A stretch of 64,000 nucleotides of DNA, taken from contig NC_086097.1 of assembly GCF_963921235.1 (NCBI RefSeq), positions 74,278,001 through 74,342,000 on the forward strand, given 5' to 3'. The notes below the pieces were generated by a model, which worked only from the letters and a program-made list of their open reading frames with translations, was not told the origin of the DNA and made no database searches. The translations under genes were made by a program, and so were the position numbers. Positions 51,326-64,000 of this stretch are shown piece by piece; positions within the stretch are counted from its first letter, which is position 1; every line of letters begins with the position of its first letter. This stretch comes from Mobula hypostoma (lineage: Eukaryota).

Positions 51326-53431
51326 ACTGTTAGTATCTGAAAATATTGAGATTTGGATACTTGCTACTGGAAGTTTCTAGCTAAGGACTGTATTTCCATT
51401 GCTGGTGGGCTCACTCATCTCACAGCTGCTGGGACATCTGCCTGTTCATCCTAGTAGTGAGGCATCTCTCTTCCCACTTGCAGTGGACAGCTTTTCTAAA
51501 GTTCTACCATTCCCCATGTGCTATTGGAGCTCTGATAGAAGACTTTGGTTGTTGGAGCTCTGAACCCACATTGGGTGGGGGGGGGGAGGAGGACTTCAAC
51601 TTCCACTCCTGGTGGGATCTCAGATTCAACTGCTACTGAGTGTCTCTGATCGTGTTGCCACTGGCAACCGCCACTTCCATTGGGGTTCTTGATCCCATCT
51701 GATAGGTATCTCTAGTCCCACTCACAACGGGAAGGAGTTGGGGTGGAGTCAGCTTTGATTTCTGATCAAGGGTCTTCAGTCACATTTCATGGTCACTGCA
51801 TGCCTATTCTGCCTGTATGACTGTGGCGTCTTCCCAGCACAAATGATAACACCCCAGTTCCTTATATCCACAAACATGGCTGAAGTAGTAAAGCTGATTC
51901 TTTTTATTTAATCCATTTCTGCTCAGATGCATCAGACCCTGTTAAACCTCAATGAAAAATTGATCACTGCCTTTCATAGTTTTCAAGCTGTTTCTTAAAA
52001 TGTGTCATTACTGCTCATAAAGATCAATAAAAGATGTATAGTAATTGCATTGCAGTGTTTATGTTCAATAAAATATATCCATTACAGAAATATATGCTTT
52101 GAAGAATTTTAAACATATTCATTACTAAGTCTGGAAATCACACAGAGAATTAAGATCAATGGCATTCTCACCAATTATTATGATGACAACTTAAAAAGTC
52201 AGAATTCATTTGACCAGATAACTTTTTGTTTTCTCCCATAGGATTTCCAAGGAGCATGTTTAAATAACTTAGGAAACTTGAACAGTATATTTGTTCCCAG
52301 CATACAGGAAGGAACTTGACAGACAGGAAAAGGATATGTGATTGTTTGCTTGCAAAACTAGTACTCACATTCTGGACCTTTCCACACTCACCACACAACA
52401 AGAGAGCCCTGCATTTCCTTTACGGGCTAATGGAAGGAAGGGCGTGAGGCTCATTGACTGACATTATCATCTTATACCCACCTCACTGAGGAAACTGATC
52501 TTACCCCAGCTGATCCTGTGAAAAATAAAATGATGTGACCCTGACAATACTAACAAGGCATTTCTGATGCTTCAACTCACAATGGAATGGTGCTCAACAA
52601 AATCTGAACATTTCAGCTAGTAGCTGAATCTCTGGTTGTGTTTATCAGAGTAAACAATGATTGAAAGAAAATTTGTTGTGGTATATGACCGGCTTAGATA
52701 AAGTAACTTGAGGAGGTTCAGGAGCCAAAAGTTCAGAAGTAGGGTAAAGAATCAAAGGGTGGGGGGTATGGGAGTGGAGGGAATGTGTAAGGAAAAGCAA
52801 TTTTTAGAGAGCAAGTAGTTAGGATCGGGAATACATTCTGTACTCGGTGTCATCAAATGGGAATTGGATAGGCACTTGATGTTGAGGAAAACTGCTGGGA
52901 ATTTGTTTTGTAGGTTGAATGGCTTCCTTCGGTTGCATAACTGTTCTATCAGTCTGGTATTGCCTCACTGGTGCTTAAGGCACATTGTTCTTGTCATACA
53001 AAATTATCTTTTCTCCAAATGCTCAAGGATAAAAACAGACACTTTTCCTGTCAGAGAAAAGTTGTCAAATCCTTTGTTATCAACATTTCAATCCAAGAAG
53101 CCTTCATTTACTTGAATAGTTGTTAGAAACAAATACAATTTACTATAATGGTTATTCATTCCCCTACCACATTCCAGCAATTAAAAACAATTGTAAGTTT
53201 AATTAAAGACATATGAGACTTCCAAGGGTTAATTAAAAACAAATGTACAGTGAAATGAATTCAAAGAAAGCTACCTAAAGTTACCTGTTAGATGTTAGTC
53301 AAAGGCCCCATTCAAATTAAACTGAGGGGGTAAATAAAAGTGCAACTGACCTTTGGCCTCAGTAACTTGGCTTCAGTGAATTCAACACCAAGTAGTTAAC
53401 ACGAAACAATTGCATATGATCCTCCAAAAGG

Positions 53432-53826
53432 ACCACAACCTTGTCATGGTTTGGAGATATGTGCTTCAGTGACCTGGAGAGCTATGTGGACTGGAATTAA
53501 GGCTTTATACTTTGGCACTCAGTAGGGTCAGCCATGCTAAACAGGTCACAGAATAGAGACCAGACTAAGAGTGGTCCGCCGGTCCTCCAGGTTTGGGTGT
53601 CATCTCAGGGCTAACAAGTCTGACTGGTAAAAACAAAACTGTTACAGAAACAGCAGTGAAGAATCCTTCTACATCCAAGTGCCGTGGTATTGGCAAGTCT
53701 CCGCCCAGAACTTGCATGACTGACGGTAGTGAAAACTGAGCTACTGACATGAGGTAGGAATCCCTGAACACCAGCAGAGATGGAGGACCTTCATTGCTGC
53801 CCTAAATACCAGCGACAAAATAGGCC
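53432..53826 (+). mobile_element. Bipartite non-autonomous RTE-type element (5'UTR joined to 3' end)
   Basis: aaccttgtcatggt...gagctatg...tagggtc...ccagactaagagtggtcc resembles an RTE 5'UTR. The end encodes RWRTFIAAL, like RTE ORF C-termini. Confidence 0.6.
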
Positions 53827-54544
53827 ATAGAATAGAGAAGGGAATATGATCTCCACTTGGTTCCATGCTGCAGCATGTAGAGGTGCAAGCCTGGAATGTG
53901 GCACGATAGTTTCTGCAGTGAGCTGATGGCTGGTCAGCACATTCTGATCAGTCATAGAAAGTCTGAGAGATTAATAATGTAAAACAAAATAATACATGGT
54001 GAGATGTACTTCAGTCCAGATTTTTATAGCTCATAATACTTCCATTTATTAAGAAAATGTACATATTTGTTCTCAGTTTTGCTGAGGAAGACCTGCTATC
54101 TAGACATATCACCCAAGTACTTCATTATCATGTAATATCCCTGCCCTTACATGGAAAATATAATTCAACAAGCCAAAACCAACCTGCAACTCAGCATCTA
54201 GGCTGTCCGTGACAACAGCTCCTCGTATGATGTAGCTGAGATAGGAGAATGGATCAGAAACAGCCATGCTCATAACACACTAGACAAACGTCCACAGAAA
54301 TCATAATCTCACACCCTGTTTTGCTACCTTTTACAGCTGTCAGTGTTTTACAATACTTTTCAAAGTCCCTGACATCCAGGAACATTTGAGATAAGTATGT
54401 AAAAATGACATCTTTTTTAAATCTTTTAAATCACCTGAAACTCATAATACTGAGTAATGTTACTGCAATTAGAAATATCTAAGGAAGTAACCAGCATTAT
54501 TCTCATCTTTTCTCCACACGATTGTAAAATAAATTAACTAATGA

Positions 54545-56522
54545 ATCTTATTAAAACATCTGTAGATGAGTGTGTCCCCATGAAGTTGTTCGGGAGTTAA
54601 CCCGTTCAGAAGCGCTGGATGAATCATGAAATCCAGAATTTGCTGAGGCCAGGTCAGAGGCATTCAAGTCTGGAGATCAAGAATGCTACAAGAAATGCAG
54701 GTATGATCTCCAGAAAGCCACCTGTCAAGTGAAGTGGAAATTTTCAGACTAGACTGTGATCAACAAGGGACGCTCAACAGCTGTGGCAGGGTTTAAATGC
54801 CATAACTTCCTACAAAGTTAAATCTAGTGACATTGGGGACAGCAGAGCTTCCCCTCTGGATGAATTCAATGCCTTCTTTGCTCACTTTAACCACCAGACT
54901 GGGAGGAACCACCATGCACCCCCTATGTCTCTTGATGATCCTTTGGTCTCGGTATTTGAAGATGATGCGTGGGCTGCCTTCAAGAGAGTGAATCCCAGGA
55001 AAGCATCTGGTCCGGACAGAGTAATGAGACCTGTGCTGACCATTTGGCTGCTGTATTCAAGGATATCTTCAACCTCTTGCTCTGGCAGTGTGAGGTACCC
55101 ACCTGTTTCAAGCAGGATTCAATCATACTGGTGCCCAAGAAGAGTGTGGTAACCTGTCTCAATGACTGTCGTTCGGCGGCACTTATATCTACAGTAATGA
55201 AATCTTTTGAGACGGTAGTGTTCAGACATATCAGCTCCTGTCTGAGTGGCGACTTGGATCCACTCCAATTTGTCTTCTCACATCCCTGGAACATCTAGAC
55301 AGCAAAAATGCATTCATCAGGATGCTCTTTATCAACCTCAGCTCAGCATTCAATACTATCATCCCCTCAAAACTAATCAGTAAACTCTGAGACCTGGGCC
55401 TCAATAACCCCTTGTGTAATTGGATTCTGGATTTCCTCACTTGCAGACTCCAGTCAGTCCAGATTTGCAAACACATCTCCTCCACAATCTCCAGCAGCAA
55501 GGGTGCTTCATAGGGCTGTGTGCTTAGCTCCCTCCTCTACTTGCTTTACACCTGTAACTGTGTGGCTAAGTACAGCTCCAACACCATATTGAGGTTTGCT
55601 GATTACACCACTGTTGTGGGCCGTATCAAACCTGGTGATGAATCAGCATACAAGTGAAAGATTCAAAATTCGGCTGAGTGGTGTCATAACAACGACTTCT
55701 CACGCAATGTCAGCAAAACCATTATAGACTTCAGAAGAAGGAAACCAGAGGTCCATGAGCCAGTACTCATCGGAGGAACAGAGATGGAGAGGGTCAGTAA
55801 CTTTAAATTTGTGGGTGTCACTATCTCAGAGGACCTGTTCTGCATCTATCATATAAATGTAATTGCTAAGAAAGCACAACAGCGCTTTCCAAGGAGTCTG
55901 CGGAGATTTGGCATGTCATCAGAAACCACAACAAACTTCCGTAGATGTGTGGGGGAAAGTGTGCTGACTGGATGCATTATAGCCTGATACGCGAACACCA
56001 ATGCCTTTGAGCAGGAAATCCTACAAAAGCTAGTGGATTCGGCCCAGTACATCATGGGTAAAGCCCTCCAGACCATTGAGCACATCCTCATGAAACATTG
56101 CTGTAGAAAAGCTGCACCCTTCATCAAAGATCCTCACCACCCAGGCCAGGCTCTTTTCTTGCTGCTGCCATCAAGTAGAAGGTACAGGTGCCTCAGGACT
56201 TGCACCACCAGGTTCAAGAATAGCTATGACCCCTCAACCATCAGGCTCTTGAACAATAGAGGATAACTACTCTTATTCTACTTCTGGTGTTCCCACAACC
56301 GGTTATCTCACTTTAAGGACTCCTTATATTGTTATTTCATGCTCTTGTTATTTATTGCTATTTATTTATATTTGCATTTTGACAGTTTGTTGTTCATTGA
56401 TCCTGTTTACAGTTACTGTTCTATAGATTTGCTGAGTATGCCCACAGGAAAAAGAAATCATATGGTTGTATATGGTGACATGCATGTAGTTTGATAATAA
56501 ATTTTACTTTGAACTTTGAACT
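54545..56522 (+). mobile_element. Rex1/Babar LINE, ~2 kb degenerate RT through the 3' tail
   Basis: Encodes [33 protein letters not shown] and SNFKFVGV. Ends AATAAA...(ACTTTGA)n. Confidence 0.92.
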
Positions 56523-57814
56523 TTGTATCCAATGCCAAATCCATCCTGGGGTAAGATATGGGAACATTTTTTACAGAGAATATATTCGATACCAGTGGCA
56601 GAGAATACACGAGACAATCCAGAGGAAAGTCTGGCCAGTAAGTTCAAAACTTTTGCATTTCTGCCAGAATGCCAAGTTCAATATCTCATACAATAATAAA
56701 CAGCCACAGTTTCAAAAGCCAACATAATCCAAGTCAGTTTCTCACATGTAATGCAAAGGATAATTAAGCACTCCTAATTCAATAGTTTTATGTTTAATGG
56801 TTTTATTGATAGCCCAAAACCATATTTCTTTAAAAACAAAATGCACAATATAAGTCTGGAAACCAATATCAGTGCATCCTTACATTATTGATCATTTGAT
56901 ATCATTATTTAAGTTATGCAAACTAAAAGTATAAATCTACACAAGCTGACGTATTGACATAAACTGTGAAGAATTCACAAGAAGCTTTAATTCATTGCAA
57001 TCGTTGCCCTTACTGTCAGCAAAAAAATGAAGGCAAAATAAAGGAAAATATAATTTTAAAATGACAAGCAAACAAATTAAAATGTTATTTATGCATGAAG
57101 CAGGAAATTTTTTATGGCTTGGAAGAGATGTAAATTAATGTGATCTTTTTAAAATATAATATCTGAATAATTTTGCATTTTGCTTTGGTCAGCTTATTTT
57201 AATGCAATGTGAATCAGTAAACATTTATTCCATAAAATCAACATCATGCCTTTTATCTTTGTATTGTGTACACCTTTAAGCAAATTATTCTTCTCTGGAT
57301 TGATTTTTTTGTAATGTGAGGAGCTATCCTTCCTGTTCAATTGTACAGCACATATTAATAAATTATTGACTGGGCTGCTGTGCTGGGACTAAGGGCAGGT
57401 TGTGGGCATAAGGGGACCCAGAGCTGTGAGCTCACCAATCCCACATCTCGGTTAATCATGATTCAACACATCCTGTTCCATTTATGATGTTGGCAGCTAA
57501 ATGATCTCTTAGGTTTTCCAGTTAGTTTTTGCAGGGTTTACTTAAAGGGGCTCTGTCCTTGTGAAAATACAATCTTGCTTTTAATCAGCTGAAGATTATC
57601 AAGAAATGATACAGAATAAAGTAAAATCCAAATGTTAATAGTGTAATTTGACCATATACTTGTGTCAATTGAAATTAAATTGGGACAGTAGTTCCAATGG
57701 TCATGTTAGGAGGCGGTGTCGAATGACAGGCTGAATTTTACTGGGATATGCTGTTCCATATAAAAACCTGAACCCACTGGCAGTTAGCCATTTACGCATT
57801 TAGTCTCTTAAACC

Positions 57815-58260
57815 TCAGGTGACTGAAGAATTTTGGCATGAGTTCCCAAATCCTCAAGAACTTCTACAGGAGCATCATTGAGAGCATCCTGACTGGCTGT
57901 ATCACTGCCTGGTATGGGAACTGCCCCAGCCTTGATCGCTGGGCACTGCAGAGAGTGGTATGGACAGCCCAGTACATCTGTGGATGTGAACTTCCCTCCA
58001 TTGAGGACGTTTGCAGCAGCAGATACATAAAGAAGGCTTGGAAGATCATCAATAATACCAGTCAACCCAACCATAAACTGTTCTAGCTGCTTCCGTCTGG
58101 CAAACGGTACCACAGCATTAAACCCAGCACCAGCAGGCTATGGGACAGCTTCTTTCTACAAGCTATTAGACTTATAAATTCACATGTCTGTAGATTGCAA
58201 CAGAGCCATAACGCAAAGATCTTTACTCCCTCAGGTTGTGGGACGGCTGTAAAATTTATA
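57815..58260 (+). mobile_element. Rex1/Babar 3' fragment
   Basis: Encodes ILKNFYRSIIESILTGCITAWYG and LLPSGKRY. Confidence 0.88.
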
Positions 58261-59439
58261 TTTAAGTAAATTTTTAGTCCAGTAAGTCCAAGACTTCCAA
58301 GCGCATGTCATGAAAAGCAGGAGTACTGGACTTGCTATTATACTGATAATGTTGTACCTGTTAATAGGTTCCATTGCTGGATGCCCCATGGAGTTAAATG
58401 CCAGAAACTTCACCTTACTCAGCCAGCACAGCATTTACACGGGAACAATGGTTTTGAATCTTGTATGGAATCTCAAACCGCACTGATTTTAATAGGAGTT
58501 TTAGGGCTGCTATTACAATTTCCTAAAATTTAGTTCAATTCTGTTTAATGTCTTTTTTAATTATTTAGGACTGCTTATGGGCATTTTATTTATTATTAAT
58601 ACTTTTAATATTTTTTGCAATTTTTAATTGCTTTATTTAAAAGATTTAAGTATCCCTGAATGTTAAAGATTATTGCAATTCCAATTTTATGTTTCACAGC
58701 TGACAAATATGGGATAGGGCTTTGCCAGCAGTTAACACTTTCAAGAGACTCCTGTGGACAGGGCTTTCATTGAAGGCCTTTTGATGGCTCAGACTACATC
58801 AGTGAGTCCAAGACCTTCGGTCATCTATTTCTGAAGCAGGTGCATTTAGTTGTGAGGAGATGGCAGGCTTCAGTGCTGTGCAGTACAACCCATCCAATGT
58901 CATTCAGCCCAATATCATCATTACTGGATGTAAAATTAGAAAGAAAGTATATTGGGAAAAGTTGGTTCTGTCAGCAAGGTTTATTCTTCCTGCCGTACAA
59001 GCCGATGTTTTAATTTGTAAGTATTACATGCTTATTTTTGAACACCAACATCAGAATGAAAGACCTAAGTGCAGGAATATTTTCACCTTTGGTTACAGTT
59101 CTGCTGAATCAAATATACATTTTTTCACCACACTTAGAAGTCAGAGTTAGCAGAAGTTAAAAGTCCAACCTATTTCATTTATACTCTGAGTATTCTTGTT
59201 AAAGACTATTTAATATAAATGTTGAATCACCAGAATAAAATCCTTTGGGTACTTCTTATGTAGAATAAATTAGCAATCTCCTGACTGAAACAAAAATTGA
59301 GTCTTTTGGCTCAGCTGGTTGATATCAATCTTTGTACCCCATTGGGTTTTAGATGTCTTTTTCAACCTCTTCAACACTTCTTCAGCAAATAGGCTACTCG
59401 AGCAAGTTAAATCTTTGGTATAATTCACAAACGTGGCAC

Positions 59440-60250
59440 ATAAGTGCTGAGATGTATCAATGACCTCATCATCCTCATTTGGATAGAGAGATGGCATGCC
59501 ATTTGTTCCTGCAGATTCCATTGTCATAATCATTCTCCTGCTGTCTGCCTCAAGAGAAGTCATTGCAAAATCGTCCACATCCTTACCTTCCCTGTGACCA
59601 AAGGATTCGTCCACGAGTCGAGAGGTACAAGGGAGTTGATCTGCATTGGGCAATAAACCCCAGCAAAATTCAAGGAGCAGCAGCAACAACTGTGCATTGC
59701 TTCCCTTGACTTAAAGAAGGCTTCTGTACTGTCAACCATGACAACATTATCTGGAAGACAGAGACTCTTCACCAACCTGCATGCACCACTCAACACCAAC
59801 CTTTGATTATCAAAATCCCTTACCAGACTCTGGACTATATGGGTTACTTTCTCCTTCTCATTAACCATTTCCCAGTCAAGGCAGGCATCAATGATGGAAT
59901 TCACCAGAGCTTCCAGCGAGACTTCACAACCTTCAGTCACAAGAGGGAGAGAGTGTTTGAAGATCAAGACTTCAAACCCAGCACCAAGCTCATGGCCAAT
60001 ATACATTGCCAAATTCTTGAAAGCTTTGGAAATATAGAAAACCTACCTTTCCACATCAAAGCACCAGAGATGTACCGCCATCCTGTCATTGGAAGGAAGA
60101 TTTTGTAGATGCAGTGTTAAGGCAAACCCTTGCTTGCTTTGGCTCACAGGCCAACATCCTCAACACTGAGATTCTCAATCAGTGGGTGGATGACATTACA
60201 TGCACTGACACTTGACTCTCATTTTCAGTCATGGCAAGCAACTCCCAGGA
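59440..60250 (+). mobile_element. Old RTE (BovB-like) LINE remnant with large deletions
   Basis: Encodes GADGMP, KGDRSxCxxY-like, AGINDGIHQ and RVFEDQDFKPSTKLM. Confidence 0.7.
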
Positions 60251-60530
60251 GAACAGAGAAAGTGCTTCCAGGATATTGTCAATGTTTCCTTGAAAAAAAA
60301 TCCTCTCTGAGGGATTGTCAAGGAAAGGAATTACCAATGGTTCCTTTTGCTTCTTTGTTCTTTACTCATTTATCCAGTGCCCCCTTAAATCTTTAACCCT
60401 TCTTTCTGCAGCACCCACAAATCTCTGATTCAAACCAATCTTCGATTCAAACCAATCTTCTTTAACCTTGTTCCTGAAAGAGCTCTTGACCTTTTGTTGC
60501 TGCTACTTTGCCTTTAAGTAGCAGGAGGAG

Positions 60531-61196
60531 GAGGAGAAGATGGCGACTCGACTGCAGCGCACGTGGCCACTTCGGTGGTGATGCCTGTTAACCGTCAAGT
60601 AGGGGACCGTGCACAATTCTGATTTGATGGAGACGGACATGAGAGTATGGAGGAACATCTGGAAAACTTCTGAAATGCCCACTTCGCTGCCGCTGCTACT
60701 GTGTGGTAACGGGAATCTCCAGAGCAGAAGGCCCCGAAATCCTCGGCTTTGCTTGTTTCAGCGGCCGCGGCGAGGTCAAAGGCGCTCGGGAGGCTGTATC
60801 GGAAGGGCTGGTCGGGGTCTCGAAGTTTTCGGACAGATGGACTCAGTGTCAGCTGTGGTCGGCTGCTTCCAAGGCATCGGCAAATTGACAATGCCTGGAG
60901 GTTTATGGCAGGGAGTTTCTCCCTTTTGCCGCCTGCTATCGGGGACTCGGGAGTCGATCGACTCAGGGACTTTTGAGACTTTTTTTACAGTGCCCATGGT
61001 TTGTTCTTCATCAAATTATGGTATTGCTTTGCACTGCTGTAACTATGTTATAATTATGTGGTTCTGTCAGTGTTAGTCTTTGGTTTGTCCTGTTTTCTGT
61101 GATATCACTCTGGAGAAACATTGTATCATTTCTTAATGCATGTATGCATTTCTAAATGACAATAAAAGAGGACTGAGTGTTCTCATAATCTAATCT
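60531..61196 (+). mobile_element. Young GC/CpG-rich non-autonomous retroposon
   Basis: Starts GAGGAGAAGATGGCG and ends GACAATAAA...ATAATCTAATCT. Sharp composition boundaries and no convincing ORF. Confidence 0.65.
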
Positions 61197-62421
61197 AGTA
61201 CATATAGTTTTCTTTTGACATTTGTTTCATCTGGTTCACAGTCAGCAAGCACATCTGTCCAGTTGTTCACTATTCAGGTTGTTCACCAGGTACACCCTAT
61301 GACAACAGAAGCCTCAGAGTCAGAAGGGTGTACCACAGCAATGGATTCTCTCCTGAGGTCTTCTCCCAATTATCTGAACAATTCCCCACCCAACCTGAAA
61401 CTGCAATTTGGTTTTTAGATTTTTACTTGGCCAGGTAAGAGGGTGAAACAAGTGTCCTGACCCCAGGAAATGAGCTGAATCCACACCATAAGATTGGTGT
61501 TGGACATTATCTTGCAGTGTTAGCTGGGTATTTTTTTTTTGTGATACATTATATATTATCGCTTTACTACACAACGTGCCATGCCTGTTACCAGGGTAAC
61601 AGAAGTGTTTCATTAACATTGATACAATCTGTCAGAGTGGCATCCACCTCTGACCCATTCTAGGTCACCGTCATAAAAACTGTGAACAACAACTTCATCT
61701 ATCCAATGAGACATTCACACAAGTTACAGATATCTGTGACTGTAATAGAGAGATGAGCATATGCATTTCTATTGTCAGTTCTGCAATTTACTGCAGAAAT
61801 TTAGCCAAGCAGCCTTGCAGGTGAAAATATACAGTGAAAGTGTACCTGAAAGAGTTCCCAGGGCCCAGTAACTGCTTAGACTTAGACCCTGACTCTGGGC
61901 AAGGTCCCAGAACACAGAGTGTGACCTTCCAGTTCTCAGATCAACCCAAAGTGCAGGAAAAATAACATTCGCTTCAGATGTCTGGATTACATTTTTTTGT
62001 TTAAAACATTCCTGATGTTAAATTAGCCAAAATAATTTGAGTAATAGGCAAGTGTTTGCATTACTCAGGGTATTTTAAAATTTTCATATTTTATTTCGTT
62101 TGTTGTTTACTGTAGAGGATTCAATTTTCTTCCTATTTTCTGAACAATAAGCAAAAAGCATACTCTGATCAAAGCAACAATATACTTTGTTTTATGGCAA
62201 ATACCTTCATACCTTACAGGGCCTTCAAAAGTGACCAGATATTCTAAACATTCCTCATTTTGGATAGCTTGCTTTTATGAAGGGGGCTGAGGAGCTTAGA
62301 CTGTTCACTCAGTGAGTGTGTGTTGGAAAACTTGCAATGATATAACTATGCCATTCATTAAGTTCAACCAGAATGAGGTTAACATTGTTTTTGCTGCACT
62401 TTTTCATTTTCTTGGTCTGTT

Positions 62422-62458
<37 letters not shown>

Positions 62459-62459
62459 T
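62422..62459. repeat. Compound (TC)n(AC)n microsatellite
   Basis: Read directly from the sequence. Confidence 0.95.
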
Positions 62460-63069
62460 ACGTGAACGTTAAATGCAAACCTCCAGAATACAGCTGCATG
62501 ATGTGCATCTGTGAATTATGCACTTGACTGGTTTGATTTGACCACAAGCAAAATTCTTGCGTATATTAAGGTATCTGAGACACTTAATGTGGCAGCAGAT
62601 CAAGCATTAATAAGACCAATATAAACAGAAAGTCAGAGGCAGTGGCATAAAGGCTAGAGGCCCTGTCATGGCTGGCATGGTTCAATCAGGTTTAGGGCTG
62701 CCTGAGCTCTGAATATATACACAGGAAGTCATTTTGAATTGTAATGGTGATTAATCAAGGAAAATTAAACCTTAAGCATCAGTAACCCACTCCTTCCTGG
62801 CTGCTTTTTGTCTGTTTATTTAGTGTAACCTCTACTGGAGCATAGCTGACCTAGAAATATCAAAAATTGCTGCAATTGCAACCAAGCATAAACAAAGATA
62901 TTTAGTAATGAAAGTAATGGCAAAAGAAATTCTTCAGTCGGATCCAATCAACCAACCACAAGATAGGCATCAGTTGAAATATTGCATATTTATTTGTTTG
63001 GTGAAATAGAAAAAAAATTACACGCTGGCTGGTGCATAATTTGATTTATTTATCATCACCTTCCTGGTC

Positions 63070-64000
63070 CAAATATGGACCAAGGAGCTAAATACCAGAG
63101 GTGAAGTGAGAGTGATAGCCCTCAACATCAAGGCAGCATTTGATGGAGTATGGCATCAGGGTGCCTGAGCTAAAATGGAGTCAAGGGGAAAACCCTCCGC
63201 TGGTTGGAGGTCAATCTTCTCATCCTCAGGATAGCACTGCAGGAGTTCTTCAGGGAAGTGTCCGAGGACCAATCATCTTCAGCTGTTTCATCAATATCCT
63301 TCCTTCCGTCATAAGATCAGAAGTGGGGATGTTTGCAGATGACTGCACAATGTTCTGCACCATTCGTGACTGTTCAGATAGTGAAGCAGTTCATACCCAA
63401 ATGCAGCAGGACCTGGATAATATCCAGGCTTGGGCTGACAAATGGCATGTAACATTCGAACCATGCAAGTGCCAGGCAGTGATTACCTCCAACAAGAGAG
63501 GTCCTAACCATTGTCCCTTGACATTCAGTGGCATCACCATCACTGAATCCCCTAATATCAACAGCCTGGGGGTTACCATTTTTCAGCAAACTGAACTGGT
63601 CTAGCCATATAAACACCGTGGCTACCGGAGCAGGTCAAAGGCTAGGAATCCTGCGGCGTGTAACCCACCTTCTGACTCCCCAAAGCCTGCCCACCATCTA
63701 CAAGGTTCAGGTCAGGAGTGTAATGGAATACTCACCACTCGCCTGGATGAGTGCAGCCCTGTCAATACTCAAGAAACTTGACACCATCCAGTACAAGCCA
63801 GCCTACTTGATTGGTACCCCATCCACAAGCATACAATCCCTCCATCGATGTACGGTTGCAGCAGTGTGTACTATCTACAAGATGCACTGCTACAAGACAC
63901 CAAAGTTCCTAAGGCAGCACCTTCCAGACCCACGACCACTACCATCTAGAAGGACGAGAACAGCAGATACCTGGGAACACCACCACTTGGAAATCTGCCT
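63070..64000 (+). mobile_element. CR1-group LINE RT fragment (third family), running to the window end
   Basis: Encodes EVRVIALNIKAAFD, AGVLQGSVRGPIIF, MFADDCT, WADKWHVTF and YKVQVRSVMEYSPLAW. Confidence 0.88.

Noticed and set aside
59270..60012. 139-aa and 150-aa minus-strand ORFs as novel proteins
   Set aside because: They are largely antisense to a decayed RTE element on the plus strand.
60531..61076. CpG-island promoter with a 155-aa first coding exon
   Set aside because: Sharp boundaries, a polyA signal and a repeat tail fit a retroposon better, and the peptide is not recognisable.

Overview
Eukaryotic vertebrate DNA, not prokaryotic. The repeat set suggests a cartilaginous fish, probably a ray or skate (inference): HER1-type CR1 LINEs with (CATAGAAA)n tails, V-SINE and Deu-SINE remnants, Rex1/Babar and Penelope. 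The window is intergenic or deep-intronic. I recognised no host gene, and nearly all ORFs in the track are broken or antisense pieces of retroelements. Roughly half of the window is a nested mosaic of transposable elements. It includes CR1, Rex1/Babar, a 5'-truncated L1-clade copy with a 14-bp TSD, RTE, an R4/Dong/Rex6-type element with a restriction-like endonuclease (REL) in TA-rich sequence, and a hAT MITE. It also includes a Mag-type Gypsy element with both LTRs, PBS, PPT and a 5-bp TSD but no RT/RNaseH, a solo LTR, and many Penelope-like pieces. Three signals stand out. First, Penelope pseudo-LTR segments and free hairpin mini-elements carry a minimal hammerhead-ribozyme scaffold, repeatedly with a non-canonical base at core position 6. 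Second, a ~550-bp exon-like segment sits against a Penelope hairpin inside a Rex/Babar copy, possibly captured from the host. Third, the Gypsy integrase tail contains an in-frame 66-bp tandem array. Boundaries were read by eye and family names come from motif recognition, not database searches.
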